From Euprymna scolopes (lineage: Eukaryota): a stretch of DNA of 41,541 bases. Positions 12,881-25,330 of the stretch are shown here, piece by piece; positions within the stretch are counted from its first letter, which is position 1, and the number at the start of each line of letters is the position of its first letter. The notes beneath the pieces were generated by a model. That model was not told where the DNA came from and did not search any database. It saw nothing but the letters and a program-made list of their open reading frames with translations. The position numbers and the translations under genes are program-made. The stretch lies in NCBI GenBank assembly GCA_053919585.1, contig CM132808.1. The stretch is one strand, 5' to 3'.

Positions 12881-13375
12881 ATGCTTGTTAAGTCGACAGA
12901 TCGATTTTTTTTAATATGTCAAGCAAAAACAATGTTAAGTGTCCTCCTGGTCCTTTTGTCTCCCAATTTTTCGTCTGCTAAAATTGTAATCCCGTGATTA
13001 CGTTGTACCAAGAATAAAATAAACCCGTGAATACGTACCAAGAATAAAATAAACCATTCATTCAAGTGCCGCTTACGATATTAAAAATCACTTTGATATT
13101 TATGCACTTCTGTTACCGGGCTGGCGGGTGTTTTGTAACTATTGTGTACTTTCACCTAACGATTTACTAATCAAAAAAGATATTGTAAAGCTTGAAAAGA
13201 CTATTTTAAAAATAGCAGATAACAAGTGTACAAGTACCACTTTATTTTACATATTTCTTTTTTAAAGGACCGTTTTAATTCACAATGATTGTTTTTACAA
13301 ATTTAAATCATTGTGAATTTATTCAAACGGTCCTTTATTTCGCTAAGTCAATTACTCTTCCCCCCCCCCCAAAAA

Positions 13376-13430
<55 letters not shown>

Positions 13431-14165
13431 GATTTTTATATCGTAAACTGCTTCAGCAATTTCCGGGACTGACCCCCTCAAAGAAATATATATATATATA
13501 TTATGTGTTTAAGTAGTATTTTAAAGTTAAATTCAAGTTTTACGATATCTTTTTTGTTTATTAATTTGTTAGCTAAAAGTACTGAATAGTTACAAAACAG
13601 CCGCCAGTCCGGTAACATAAGTGCACAGGTACCAATAAAGTGATTTTTAATATCGTATTCAGCTAAATTCATAACAAGCGGCAGCGGCACTTACTTCACT
13701 GAATGGTTTATTTTATTCTCGCTACACCGTAATCAGCAGACGAAAAATTGGGAGGCAAAAGGACCAGGAGAACCATGTTTGTTAAGTACTTATGTTGAAA
13801 ATATATCCAAAAATTACGAAAAATCAAGTAGAAAGTTATTTGTAATTAAAAGTAATTTTTACGGAAAATTTGGTAAAATCTCATTTTTCTTAGTCTAAGA
13901 AAAATGAGAATCTTAGACATTATAAAGTAGGCAGTATAAGTCTACACGCAAGGGACATAACTCCGAAACAAATATTACGCGTGTTACGTTGTTGCGATAG
14001 ACTTTTTTCTTCTTTTTAACTAAAAGCACAATCGCAATTGTGATGAATTTTCGTAGTTTTTTTGGATATATTACTATTTTCGACATGACAATTAAGTATT
14101 GCTTTTGTTTAAAACGATATATTTAAAAAAAAAATCGATTTGTCGACTTTATCTTAACAAGCACC
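12881..14165. mobile_element. MITE family B copy containing a nested ~825-bp foldback element
   Basis: Outer ends TGCTTGTTAAGTCGACAGATCGAT / ATCGATTTGTCGACTTTATCTTAACAAGCA. 13790-14110 aligns with 9895-10150. Confidence 0.8.
12945..13770. mobile_element. Foldback element with ~250-bp arms, central hairpin and (TA)n
   Basis: CTCCTGGTCCTTTTGTCTCCCAATTTTTCGTCTGCT / AGCAGACGAAAAATTGGGAGGCAAAAGGACCAGGAG. Arms 12945-13197 vs 13532-13770, inner hairpin 13264-13336. Confidence 0.88.
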
Positions 14166-14186
14166 GGACTTTTTTTTTTTTTTAAT

Positions 14187-14367
14187 CAAATATTTTCATT
14201 CATTTATTTATTCAAATATTTTCATTCATTCATTTATTCATTCAAATATTTTCATTTATTTATTCAAATATTTTCATTCATTTATTTATTCATTCAAATA
14301 TTTTCATTCATTTATTTATTCATTCAAATATTTTCATTCATTTATTTATTCGTTCATTTATTTATTT
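14187..14367. repeat. Minisatellite, ~6 copies of a 22-30-bp unit CAAATATTTTCATTCATTTATTT(ATT)
   Basis: Directly visible. Confidence 0.93.
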
Positions 14368-15318
14368 TGGCTTTTGTATTTATTACTCTTAAAAGAATGA
14401 TTCCCTGTCTTAAACTATAAACTTCTGAACTTAAAAAATGTTCCACAAAAACTAGAAAATAGACACAGTTTTATGACAAAGTAATTTTTTGTATTTTGAA
14501 TAATATTAGCAGGTTTTGCCATGTTGGCTGTGACTATTTCGTTTTTCACAAAGGATCAAAAATAAGTTTTCGTAAAAGCATGAAAAAGTCAAAATAATGA
14601 ATGTTTGGTGCACCAACAAAACATTAATTATTTTCCACATTAAAATGAAACCAAACGAATTATTTTAAGAAATAATCAATTTTTTTGTCTGTTTTGTTCG
14701 TGACGGGGTTATTGTAAAGATTCTATTTAAACAGCACCGGGTTCGGTTTGCAAATTGAGATTTTGTCTTTTTTTTTCTTCTAAATATATGCACGATTGCA
14801 CGAACAAATAGGATTATTTTCTATTTTCAAGCTTCTTTATGAAGTAAAAAAAAAAAAAAAAAAATAGATAATTAATAATTTTATTCCATAAAAACTTTTT
14901 TTTTTTTTTTTGCAATTTTCCATAAAATTATTTATATTAACACATTTAAAAAAAAAAAATCTGGTGGTGACCGAAATGATTGGTCTAAAGGGGGGGGGGG
15001 TATTTAGTAATGCCTTTTTTCAGTTTGTAAATAGAAAACGCATTGGATAAAGACAACATCAGGATGCAATGGTCAAATAAGATCCCCCCCACACACACAC
15101 TAATGGCCGAGTGTTTCATTTGGGGACGGACAATAAAAGAAAAAAATGGGGGAGAGAGATTTCACAAAGAATGATAAACTTTGACAAAAGTCCATTAAAA
15201 AATTAATTATTTGATTTTAATGAAGTTTTCAATATTTATTAATAAATTAATGTTAATAAAATATTAAAAAAAAAAACAAAAAAAAAACATTCACTTTCAC
15301 TGCCCGTCCTTAGCTTAA

Positions 15319-15342
15319 GTGTGTGTGTGTGTGTGTGTGTTT

Positions 15343-15405
<63 letters not shown>

Positions 15406-15412
15406 CTCGTGT
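15319..15412. repeat. (TG)n microsatellite interrupted twice by TTCTCG
   Basis: Directly visible. Confidence 0.95.
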
Positions 15413-15465
15413 CAAGATAACTTTGATAATTATTATTATTATTGACTTTTATTAAGTTGCGTCCG

Positions 15466-15683
15466 TCATTCTCCGTCAACTGATCTGATATGAATGCCCC
15501 GGAAAAGAGACTTCTGACTAATATTTTACCAGTTTTAAAATATCCAAACGAACTTGGCTTTTTTATTTTATTTTTATTTATTTATTTATTTTTTTTTTTT
15601 CGAGAATAACAGATTATTTTAAAACTGGTAAACATTAATCAGAAGTAATTTTTCCGGGGCACTCCAGCTGACGGAGAATGTCA
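15466..15683. mobile_element. Palindromic MITE
   Basis: CATTCTCCGTCAACTG..TGCCCCGGAAAA..ACCAGTTTTAAAAT / ATTTTAAAACTGGT..TTTTCCGGGGCA..CAGCTGACGGAGAATG. A single related arm lies at 7638-7693 inside the Helitron. Confidence 0.83.
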
Positions 15684-15691
15684 ACAAAGAC

Positions 15692-15922
15692 GAACGGAAA
15701 AATGGCTGACATTATACGGTCATTTTGAGAGTCTCAATAATCGCTCAGAAATAGAAAATTAAGCAAAATGCTGGTAAAAAGCCACCCAAGAAATGCCACG
15801 GTGGTATTTATTGGGAACGTACCAGTACCACGTCGTACCAGTATTTTATTTAATTTTCGATTTTTGAGCGATTACCAAGGACCCCTATTCAAGGATTATG
15901 GCAGACATAATTATTTTCCGTT
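15692..15922. mobile_element. Degenerate palindromic MITE
   Basis: TAATCGCTCAGAAATAGAAAATTAA..TGCTGGTA / TACCAGTA..TTAATTTTCGATTTTTGAGCGATTA, with outer GAACGGAAAA / TTTTCCGTTC. Confidence 0.65.
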
Positions 15923-16249
15923 CTAAGTGAATGAAGTGAACACGCGATTTCTTTTGAATGGAAAACTTATTTTGTCTTTGGTAACATTTATTTGTTCTAT
16001 ATTTATGTCCTGAACACTTTTTTTCGTTTGTTATCTATATTGCAAAGTGCCCTGAAAATGCAATTGCGTAAAATAAAACGAAATTTAAGAAAACCCCATT
16101 TTAAAGAAAAGTTACGGAATTAAATCAACTAGACTGCATTTTGAAGTTTCTTAATAAAACAAGTAAAAACACGTGAAGGCAAGAAGAACTATGCAAGCAC
16201 ATTGAACACCCAGGCAAATTATACAGAATCAGATATGAACTGAAGCCAA

Positions 16250-17830
16250 GTGGAAAATGAAAATAAAATATCCTGTGTCAAGGAAGTACAAATGCTAATG
16301 AACAAACTCATCCAAGCAAAGAGACCAGATGTGATAATAGTCAAACAAGATGAAAAAAAAGAAAAAAGGTCAAATCATAAATTTCGATATTTTAACAAGT
16401 CACAAAGAGGTAGAACAACTAAAATATATGGAATACCAATACTTGTAGAGGTATTAGCAACAGTTCTGAAAACTCTGGGGAAAAATTGAGAAATTGGAAT
16501 CAAAGGGAAGACACGAATGCAACGGCACTGAAGAAAAAAGTTGAGTAAATTTTTAGATTAGGTCCACCTCCACAATGTTCTTCTAAATGACGATTAAAGG
16601 TTTTCGACTATGCTGAATACGGAAATCGCATTGAAATTTTGTAGAAATATGTAGTTATCGAGATATAAAAAGTTGTATTATGCATTGTATTCTTTTTTAC
16701 GTGCGTGTGCGCGCGCCATAAACAAATCTATGCACGTAACAAAGATGGCCGCCAAAGAATACAATGCATAATACAACTTTTTATATCTCGATAACTATAT
16801 ATTTCTGCAAAATTTCAATCCGATTTCCGTATTCATTATAGTCGAAAACTTTTAAAAGTCGTAATTTAAAAGAAAATTGTGGAGGTGGACCTAATCTAAA
16901 AAAAATACCAACAGTTGAAATATTAAAAAAATCTTAAAGTGCAGAAACCATCCCTCGACCGAGTAAACACAGGCAAGATATAATTGAACAAAAAATATAG
17001 AAAGAAGATTACATACACCCAAAGAACTGAAACTGTCAAAAATTTTATAATCTAATATTGCTTCTCCCATCTTCCTCCATGGTAACAACAAAATGGTTGT
17101 GATGTGACTGAGGATGTAAAGAGCGAGGAAAAAGTACTAACCAGACTTCCACTAGAATAGTACATAGAGTATTGGAATCTTGAAGAGGCTAATTTTTACT
17201 CAAATTCAAGAGAAAGCCAATATTTATCAATGGTAAACGGCTACTGAGATAATTCAAAGTGATTTCGATATGGAATCAAAAGAAAAGAAATTATAAAATC
17301 CTCCGGCACATGGAAGTAGAAACTCATTGAAGAAAGGAGACCAGATGTGATAATATTCAAGAAAAGAAAAAAAAACTACCAAATCCGATTTTGCCGTAAC
17401 AGCAATTCTCAGAGTAAAAATCAAGGAAATAGAAAAACCAAACATGGGACGTCAAGAAAAGTATTGTGATATCAAATATAGAAGCACTTGGAAGAGTTCT
17501 GAGGAAAAAAAAAAAAATGGAATAAAAGATTAAGAGAAAATGAAATCAAAGGGAAGATTGACACTATGACATTGAAGAAAACAGCTGAAATATTAAGGAA
17601 ATCCTTTAGTGTAGAAACCAAGCCACACAACCAACAAACAATAATCACTAGTTGAAAAAGAAGTAAAAATAGAGGAAGAACATGAAACCAAAAGAACTGA
17701 AACCATGAAATCTGATATTCCCACCTCCCACTCATCAACGCAAAATGGTGTTACTAGCCTTAGTTGGTACAACATAAAATGGTTTTGAAGAGTCAAGGAG
17801 ATCACTAACCAGACCTCCACTGAACAGGTG
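16250..17830 (+). mobile_element. Cluster of decayed non-LTR retrotransposon 3' fragments of the restriction-like-endonuclease type (R4/Dong-like)
   Basis: IQAKRPDVIIVKQ and IPILVEVLATVLK (16250-16489). Manual translation at ~17332-17445 gives ERRPDVIIFKKRKKTTKSDFAVTAILRVKIKEIEK, the RPD...D motif of RLE domains. Confidence 0.72.
16550..16902. mobile_element. Foldback MITE (possibly Kolobok-like) with ~145-bp arms
   Basis: TTAGATTAGGTCCACCTCCACAAT / ATTGTGGAGGTGGACCTAATCTAA. Arms pair through TTGTATTATGCATTGTATTCTTT / AAAGAATACAATGCATAATACAA. Confidence 0.9.
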
Positions 17831-17999
17831 CAAAAATACTATAAATGTAAATAATGAAATAATGTATACAATGTATGCAATTATAAAATAAATCATATTG
17901 CAATCATGATCGCGTAATACTAATAATGTTAATCTATTTATATAAATGAGCAAGGGTTTTTTTTCTTACTTTATTCTAGTTGGGGATGGGGCATCCTGC

Positions 18000-18357
18000 T
18001 GGATACCATACAGATAGTTGCTATATTATACATTCCAACCGAGAGCTCTTTTTAAGATTCTGTCTGTTTAAGTGCAATTGTTTGAATCTCTCTTGCACTT
18101 GGTTCACGGGTAAATTTACCAGGTAGTTTTTAAAAATCTTTTTACGAGTTCAGTTGCTCCTATAATAACTGAAATGGACATCTTCCTAAGATTCCAATTT
18201 CTTTTCATATCACACGTAAGACTTTGGTACTTTGTTATCTTTTTCCTCTCAGTTCTGTTTCCTATAATAACTGAAATGGACATCTTCCTAAGATTCCAAT
18301 TTCTTTTCATATCACACGCAAGACTTTGGTACTTTCTTTTTCCTCTCAATTCTGTTT
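18000..18357 (-). mobile_element. RLE-type non-LTR 3' fragment with internal ~102-bp tandem duplication
   Basis: KYQSLACDMKRNWNLRKMSISVIIG occurs twice (18161-18262 and 18263-18357) and resembles KYxDLAxEL..LW...IPIVIGA. Confidence 0.75.
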
Positions 18358-19963
18358 AAGTGTGTGCGTGTGTGCCTACACACCTAAAAATCAGAAACTA
18401 CACAAGACACATCAACAAAGGTAAAATATTCCTTTCCAACATTTCTTGCAGACAAAGTATGGACATTTTTTGTATTTGGAGTCCAAAGGAATGAAATTAA
18501 TCTAGTTATTTATTTTTTTCTATCAACCTTTGGTGTGAAAGGACATTTAAGAGAAAATGCCATAGAGGGGAGAGAGTGGATAGGAGGAGGGAAGGTGTCG
18601 AAGGGAAGACAGAAATTAAAGAAAAAAAAAAATGTCATTTTTTTAATTCTTCTATCCATCTTTCTCACAGGGAAAAGCCAAGTTGCCATGCTCGTAATAA
18701 TCTAAATATGCTGAGAGAGATTGGTTCAATGTTCAACGCCTTTTTTATTTAGTAATTAATTAATTTAAACCATTATTTGTAAAAGAAAACATGCGATCTT
18801 AGCAGAATTGGTAAATTCCTTTTTATAATCTGACATTTTTCTGTCAATAATTCTTGCAAGTCTTCGATTTGGAAGGAAAGAAAAGAATTTACTTTCAAAA
18901 TATGAAATTGAAATTCTTGTTTTAAGTTATATATATTCTTTTTAAAGTTGAGGAGTTCCTTTTCTTCTGATGAGTTAAGGGCGGAATAAAGTCAAGAACT
19001 AGCATAATTATATGAATGATTCTGTGCTATGAAACAGGTGCTGCCAACGTACTTAAAGAAATAAACTGTAAGATGGTCAACATCTTGAAATTTGGAATAT
19101 AGATAGTGACCGCCAAATTTATGGAGTGTTTTCAATTTTCGTAACAGAGTCTGTCTTTAAAAAATCTACCAAAAATCAGGTAATTATCTAATCAATATAA
19201 AATTTTCACCGATTAATAAATAAAGAATGGACTTTATATGAGTAACTATTTTTTCATATTCGTTGTATAAATATATTTTGGGGGACTTCATGTCCCCTCC
19301 TTTCTCATTTGTCTCTTGTTCAACTCCTTAAAGTCCAAACGATCCATTAAGCACACACTCATTTTGTGGTATGAGGGTGAACGAGTGTAGTAGAAAAAAA
19401 AAAAAAAAAATTCGCAGGGTGCCTTCGATATCGAAGAGTGAAATCCGAAATTTGAATGTGTTTAATCTTTTTATCTTTTGCGTTTTGAAGTGTGAGATTC
19501 ATTAAATGTTATCATAAGATGAGGATAAAATTTTTTTTTTTTTTTTTTTTACGAAAACGCTAAAATAGGCATACTTTTAAATCTTTAAAAATAAATAAAA
19601 AATTTTATTCTAGAATGTGTAAACTTTCCATATACCAGTACATAAAGAATGCTTTAAAAAAGAATCGATGCAAAAAAAAAAAAAAAAATTATAAAGAAAA
19701 CACGGTGTGAAAATTATAAGTATTAATTGTATTTATGTATTACGTTTTTTTAAGATATAGTAGCCCGTTACACTTTACAAAAAGTTTTTATCTCCCTTTT
19801 TGAAAATTAACTATAACTATGAAGACATGAATTTCCGTAGAGGATGGTTGTAACATTCCAATAAGTTGCATCCCCCCCCCTCCCCAGAGGATTACCAAAA
19901 ACGGCTCTTTTAAGGGACACCAAATTCTAATGAAAGTCTTTGTCAACTTTATTTATGCAATAA

Positions 19964-20515
19964 ATATAAGGCCACTATTCGCCCATGTATGGAGTATTGC
20001 TGTCATATTTGGGCCGGTGCATCGGCTACTAGTCTCTCTCTCCTTGACAGGGTTCAAAAGAGAGTCGCAAATCTGATAGGCCCTAAACTGGCATCAAAAC
20101 TTCAGCCTCTGTCCCATCGTCGAAACGTTGCATCCCTCTGCCTGTTCTACAAGTATTATAATGGTGAATGCTCTGAAGAACTGCAAGCACTTGTGCCCCC
20201 ACGACGTGAACACCCTCGACAGACCCGACAAGCTGCAAAATCCCACCCCCACACTGTAGAGATCCCTAGATGTAAAAGATCGTTCTACTCCAGTAGTTTC
20301 TTCCCCAGAACTGCTAGACTTTGGAATTCCATTCCAGGTCCCTGCTTCCCCAACTGTACTGACATGCATAAGTTCAAGTGCAACGTGAACCAACATCTCG
20401 CTGCCCTAATCCCTACATAGTGCCCCAGTAGATGTTTCCCCTGATAGTAGCCCCCTACACCAAAGTGGCAATGTGCCTTGTTTGGGGTGAAAATATAATA
20501 AAAAAAAAAAATAAA
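19964..20515 (+). mobile_element. 5'-truncated CR1/L2-group LINE copy C (open 3' ORF, 3' stem-loop, poly-A)
   Basis: ORF 19989-20420 MEYCCHIWAGAS...SFFPRTARLWNS..HLAALIPT is almost identical to the end of ORF 29061-29978. A-tail present. AATAAAT on both flanks is a possible TSD. Confidence 0.97.
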
Positions 20516-22147
20516 TAAAAAAATAAAGAATTGGAGAAAATACAGTATGATCACGTTTATGGAAAAAAGAGTGTGGGTTATTGGTTATTATTAATTAAAA
20601 AAGAAAAGAATTATTTTAACCATGTAATTAAAACATGACTAAAAGTGATATTAAAACTGAGAAATATAATTTTGCTAAAAATTTATGTTTGATATAAAAA
20701 TAGAAAAAAAAAGCAGTTTCTCTTTACTTTTAACAAATATTAGGAGAAATTTAAAGCTTGATCGATCAATTATTATGAAGGAAAAAAATTATAAAGCTAA
20801 AAATGGCGTTTGTAATTATAATTTAATTCAATTAAAAAAATGTATTTGCCTGTCTACTTGCACTAAAATTCATGAAAATGCTTAAATAAATATTTACACA
20901 CAACTGAGTTCCCATACCTAAAATCCAAGATGGCAGCGGTAGGCACATGGTTCCTAAAATGTACGAGATCATGCTAAATAATTGAATTATTTGAATTTAT
21001 TTAAATATAAGGTAATTATATTCTAATATTTTTGCATATTTTTATAGCTAATCATAATAAATTTTATTTAGACATAAAAAGTTTAATTGATTCGAAAAAC
21101 TTTAAAAAATATTTATTTTGTTAACATTCGGTGAAAACTGGATCAAATGCCTTTTTTTTTTTTTCTTTTTTGTTTTAAATTTAAAATTCTATTAAAAATT
21201 ATAGAAAAATATCATACTATTCTTCTTTTAACATAATAAACTTCAGGGCTTTATATTTCTGAAAAACCCAAAAGTTGTTCAGAAATATAGATTTTAATAA
21301 GCTTTAGAAAAAAGCAGTTTTCGATCAATTGGCAGTCACTAAATATAGACTTTTGTCATTTATTTGTATATGCTCTGTAGTTACACAGCTTTATAAATTA
21401 GAGGACTAGGACTGGTATAAATAAAAGGTGACCTATAACTGAATTTCCTCATATATATTAGTGATGTGACGATTCCAATATTTTCCCAGATTCAGATTCT
21501 TTATAAATCTCTAAATGTTTAACAATGGAGTTGTTAGTTATTCTTGATTATCTTAACAACACGTGTCCAAACATAAAAATACACTTGTGGAAGATGATCT
21601 ATAAATTTTAGTTTCAGCTGCAGTTAAAAACCAATATTCATTATTTTATCATCAGCACCAGCAGTGGATAATGTTGCTTTAAACAAAATCAATTAAAAAA
21701 CACAATTCAAAGAATCGTTTTTGGCATCAGAAATTAGGCACAATTTTTCCCAGATTCCGATACCCCCGAAAGTTCCGATTAATCGTTCCAATTTTACAAG
21801 GGAGTCACCCCTTATCAAGGTCTGAAGAGCATTCGAGCATCGTATAATAATAATAATAATAATACGCACAAAAAAAAAAAAAAAAAAAAAACCCTTGCAA
21901 ATTATATCAAATTACTAACATTCGTTTTAAAAATTGAATTTAATTTTTTAAAAATTGTTTTATGAAAAGTTTTTGGTAAAACAAAATGTAATTTATTTCT
22001 AAAATACCAAATTTCGAATATGAATTTTTTTTTTTTTTTTTAATCTTTTACCCCCACGCTGTCAAGGGAAAAATAAAAATGAGATTCTATTTATTTAGTT
22101 TGTTTTTATTGTTTTGTCTTCAATTATACTAAGAATTGCTGAAGGGC

Positions 22148-22570
22148 ACGAATAGGAAAACCAGAAGAGTACCAGAATCAAAATCGGCAGCAAACGGTGT
22201 TCGATCAGATTTAATTCCTGATATTAAAGACTTTCTGTTTTTGGCCGCTAACTCTTAGGTTTACCAAGTTTTTTGTACTAATTTTTATTTATTAATTTAT
22301 TAAATTGTAAGGTGAAAGTACAGAATAGTTAACAAGCCCCCTCCCCATGTTAAGAATGACTTTCTAAATCTGCAATTTACTGATCGTGCTGACATAACGT
22401 TATTTAGAAAGCTACTCATAACATAAGAAAGGGGGCTTGTTACTTAACAATTTAATAAATTAAGGAAATTGAAACTTTCACTAGGCGGATGAAGTTTAAT
22501 GTAAAATTAAATCCGACCCAACACCGTTTGCTGTAGAGTCGGGTACTCGTTTGGTTTTTCCTGAAAAGTG
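22148..22570. mobile_element. Composite foldback: outer arms plus inner inverted family-A sequence
   Basis: CAGCAAACGGTGTT..ATTTAATT / AATTAAAT..AACACCGTTTGCTG. Inner AACAAGCCCCCT..CTTTCTAAAT / ATTTAGAAAG..AGGGGGCTTGTT. Confidence 0.8.
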
Positions 22571-22804
22571 TTGGTTATACTTTTACAAATTTAACGTAAA
22601 ATAATCATCCAGTTCTTTATTTACCACATAGTGTAGGTCAGAACGGATAACCATGTTTATATTTCCAAAATGGTTGCCTACTAATATATATTTCAACAAG
22701 AACCCCTCAAAATAAAGTTCATTCATTGTGACGATGAATCATTGTCGTTTCCTCTTATTTTCGGGTCACAGTCTTAGTCATATTTTCACCTTATAAAGAA
22801 CTAA

Positions 22805-24089
22805 GGTACTTCTACAGTTTATCGCCAAAAATCGAGACGCCATTTTTTTCGGGCACCTGTCATTAGAATCGGAGGGAGAAATCGGTATTTTAAACTATGG
22901 CTAAAGTAGGAAATAAATAATAAAAAAAATAAACCAGATATTAATTACTTAGAGGAAGAAATATGAAAAAAAGTAAATAAAGAAAGTGAAAGAACATATC
23001 TGTAATTGTTTGATTATAAATGTTTAATTATAAATTATAAAATGTTCATGAAAACGGAAAGTTTTTCATGAAACGTATATTTTTATTATTAAAACAGAAC
23101 ATGAAAATGACATATTCATAATTGTTGAAACTGAGCGAGAGCGCCATTTGAAAACCAAAACTATATTGTATAAAAAAATAAAAATGTATCATAATATGGT
23201 GCTAGTGCAGAGAGTGATCCGGATTTAAAAAATAGCGCGGATCAGTGATCCGCGCTATTTTTTAAATCGTATTTCCAAGTTTAAAGTTTTTGGGTTTGTA
23301 TTACTGTACACAGATTCGAAAAAGTTGTCAAAAAACAAATATATAACAAATAAATGTTATCAAAGGCAAAATAAGTTACTTTTCTACCAAACTGGATATA
23401 TTTTTCGTGTTTTTATTTAATGTAACACGTTTATTCAGCTCGAAAAACATACAGTGTTTACCGATGTATTCGAAAATTCAAGATGGCGTCTGATTCTCTC
23501 TTTAACACGGTAAGTTTGGGAAAAGGTGTTATAAATAAAAAAACGGATAAAATACTGTTAAAAACTCACTCAATATATGTCACCGTGACATAGGTTGACA
23601 TATATTCGGCGGGTTTTTAATAGTATTTTTTATAGTTTTTTTTTATTTATAACACCTTTTCCCAAACTTACCGTGTTAAAGAGAGAATCAGACGCCATCT
23701 TGAATTTTCCAATCCATCGGTAAACACTGTATGTTTTTCGAGCTGAATAAATATGTTACATTGAATAAAAACACGAAAAGTATATCCAGTTTGGTAAAAA
23801 AGTAACTTATCTTGCCTTTGATAACATTTATTTGCTATATATTTGTTTTTTGACAACTTTTTCGAATCTATGTGTACAGTAATACAAACCCATAATTGTA
23901 AAGACATTTATTGAACAGTCTTCGTAAAAAAAGTATAATTTTAATAAAACAATTTTGTAATTTTTTTTTTTTTTTTTTGTTATTTCCTACTTCGGTAATG
24001 GTTTAAAAATACTGATTTCTCCTGATTTTAACGACAAGTGCCCGAAAAAAATGGAGTCTTCATTTTCGGCGATAACCTGTAGAAATACC
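22805..24089. mobile_element. Outer foldback element with ~110-bp arms enclosing further elements
   Basis: GGTACTTCTACAGTTTATCGCC..TTTTTTTCGGGCAC..AGTAGGAAATAA (22805-22916) is the reverse complement of 23980-24089. Confidence 0.85.
23291..23893. mobile_element. Near-perfect 603-bp palindrome (foldback MITE)
   Basis: TGGGTTTGTATTACTGTACAC / GTGTACAGTAATACAAACCCA. Arms of ~293 bp with scattered mismatches and a loop of under 10 nt near 23585-23592. Confidence 0.96.
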
Positions 24090-24624
24090 AGAACTAACTG
24101 TGGATTCTAACGAGGATTCTTTTTACTTTAATTCCGCCTTTCTTTTATAGCAAATTAATTAAAAACATGCGAGCTTGCGTGTACAGAAATGGCGACCACG
24201 GAAGGAATTACATTGCTTAATATCCGGAAAACTACTTGTTTGCATCAAATTTAAATTCGATATTCATTTTCAGCATACCCGAAAACCTTCATTAGCCGTC
24301 ATTGTAAAGTTTTTTTTGGAGTTGGAAAGAATCTTGACATTGACTTAATTTTTTTTAATATGATTGGTCAATGTGAATAGAGTACTGAGTAAAGACGTTA
24401 AAAATGTTGATTTTTATTTATTATTATTATTATTATTATTCGGGTCCATTTTAAAATTGTCGCTGACGAATAATTTTTTAATTAAGACCTTTATCTAATG
24501 TATTCCGCATTGCTTTCACTGGTCGCCATGTTTGTTTTCGCGCGTGCGCATTCAATTTTTTGCGTGTTTGTATTTGGCGAGTGTCCAAACTAAAAACAAA
24601 ATGGCGACGATTGAAAACCACAGA

Positions 24625-24824
24625 GGTACTCATGCAGAGAGTGATCTGTGCTGAAATAATAACATTATTTTAAAAAAGCCATTCTTAACATGGGGAGAGG
24701 AGGGTGTTTCGTACCTATTCTGTACTTTAACCTTACAATTGAATAAAAAAATAAAAATAAAACTTTAATTAAACGTGAAAATACGATTTAAAAAATAGCG
24801 CGGATCATTCTCTGCATTAGCACC
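24625..24824. mobile_element. MITE family A copy (reverse orientation)
   Basis: Internal sequence is the reverse complement of 10877-11089. TIRs GGTACTCATGCAGAGAGTGATC / GATCATTCTCTGCATTAGCACC. Confidence 0.88.
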
Positions 24825-24890
24825 CAACATGATTTAAGCAATTAAATTTAATTATTATATTATTAGTATTGTTTGGTTAAATTTTGTTTA

Positions 24891-25080
24891 GTGTACAGTG
24901 TACACTACTTACCCACGCTATTTTTTAAAATAGCATTTTCAAGTTTCATTAAAGTTTTATGATATCTGTTTTTATTAAATTGTAAGGTTATAGTACAGAA
25001 TAGGTCCTCCTCTCCCCATTTTAAGAATGGCTTTCTAAATAATAGTTATTTCAGCACGGATCAATAAGTGCACTAGTACC
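24891..25080. mobile_element. MITE family A copy
   Basis: Aligns with 10877-11089 and ends CAGCACGGATCAATAAGTGCACTAGTACC. Confidence 0.88.
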
Positions 25081-25330
25081 GATATTTTTCTTCCATTTAT
25101 TGAGCGTAAAAAGAGCTCCAAACACCAATAGCGTGGGTCAATAAGTGCACTTTCTTAACAAAATTAGTTTTGGTTTTAATAGTTAGGATTTAAGAATTTT
25201 AAAACCAGGTTTAAATAACTTTTTATTCTATGGTTTTAAATTCATCGAATTTGCTTTCAAATTTCGAGGCGTCCACGAAGTAATTTATTCGATTTTATTA
25301 TTATTGAAAAAAAAAAAAAAAAAAAATCAG

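Noticed and set aside
18640-18815. Strong-looking splice acceptor TTTCTCACAG|G at 18670
   Set aside because: All three downstream frames stop before a plausible donor, so there is no support for a coding exon.
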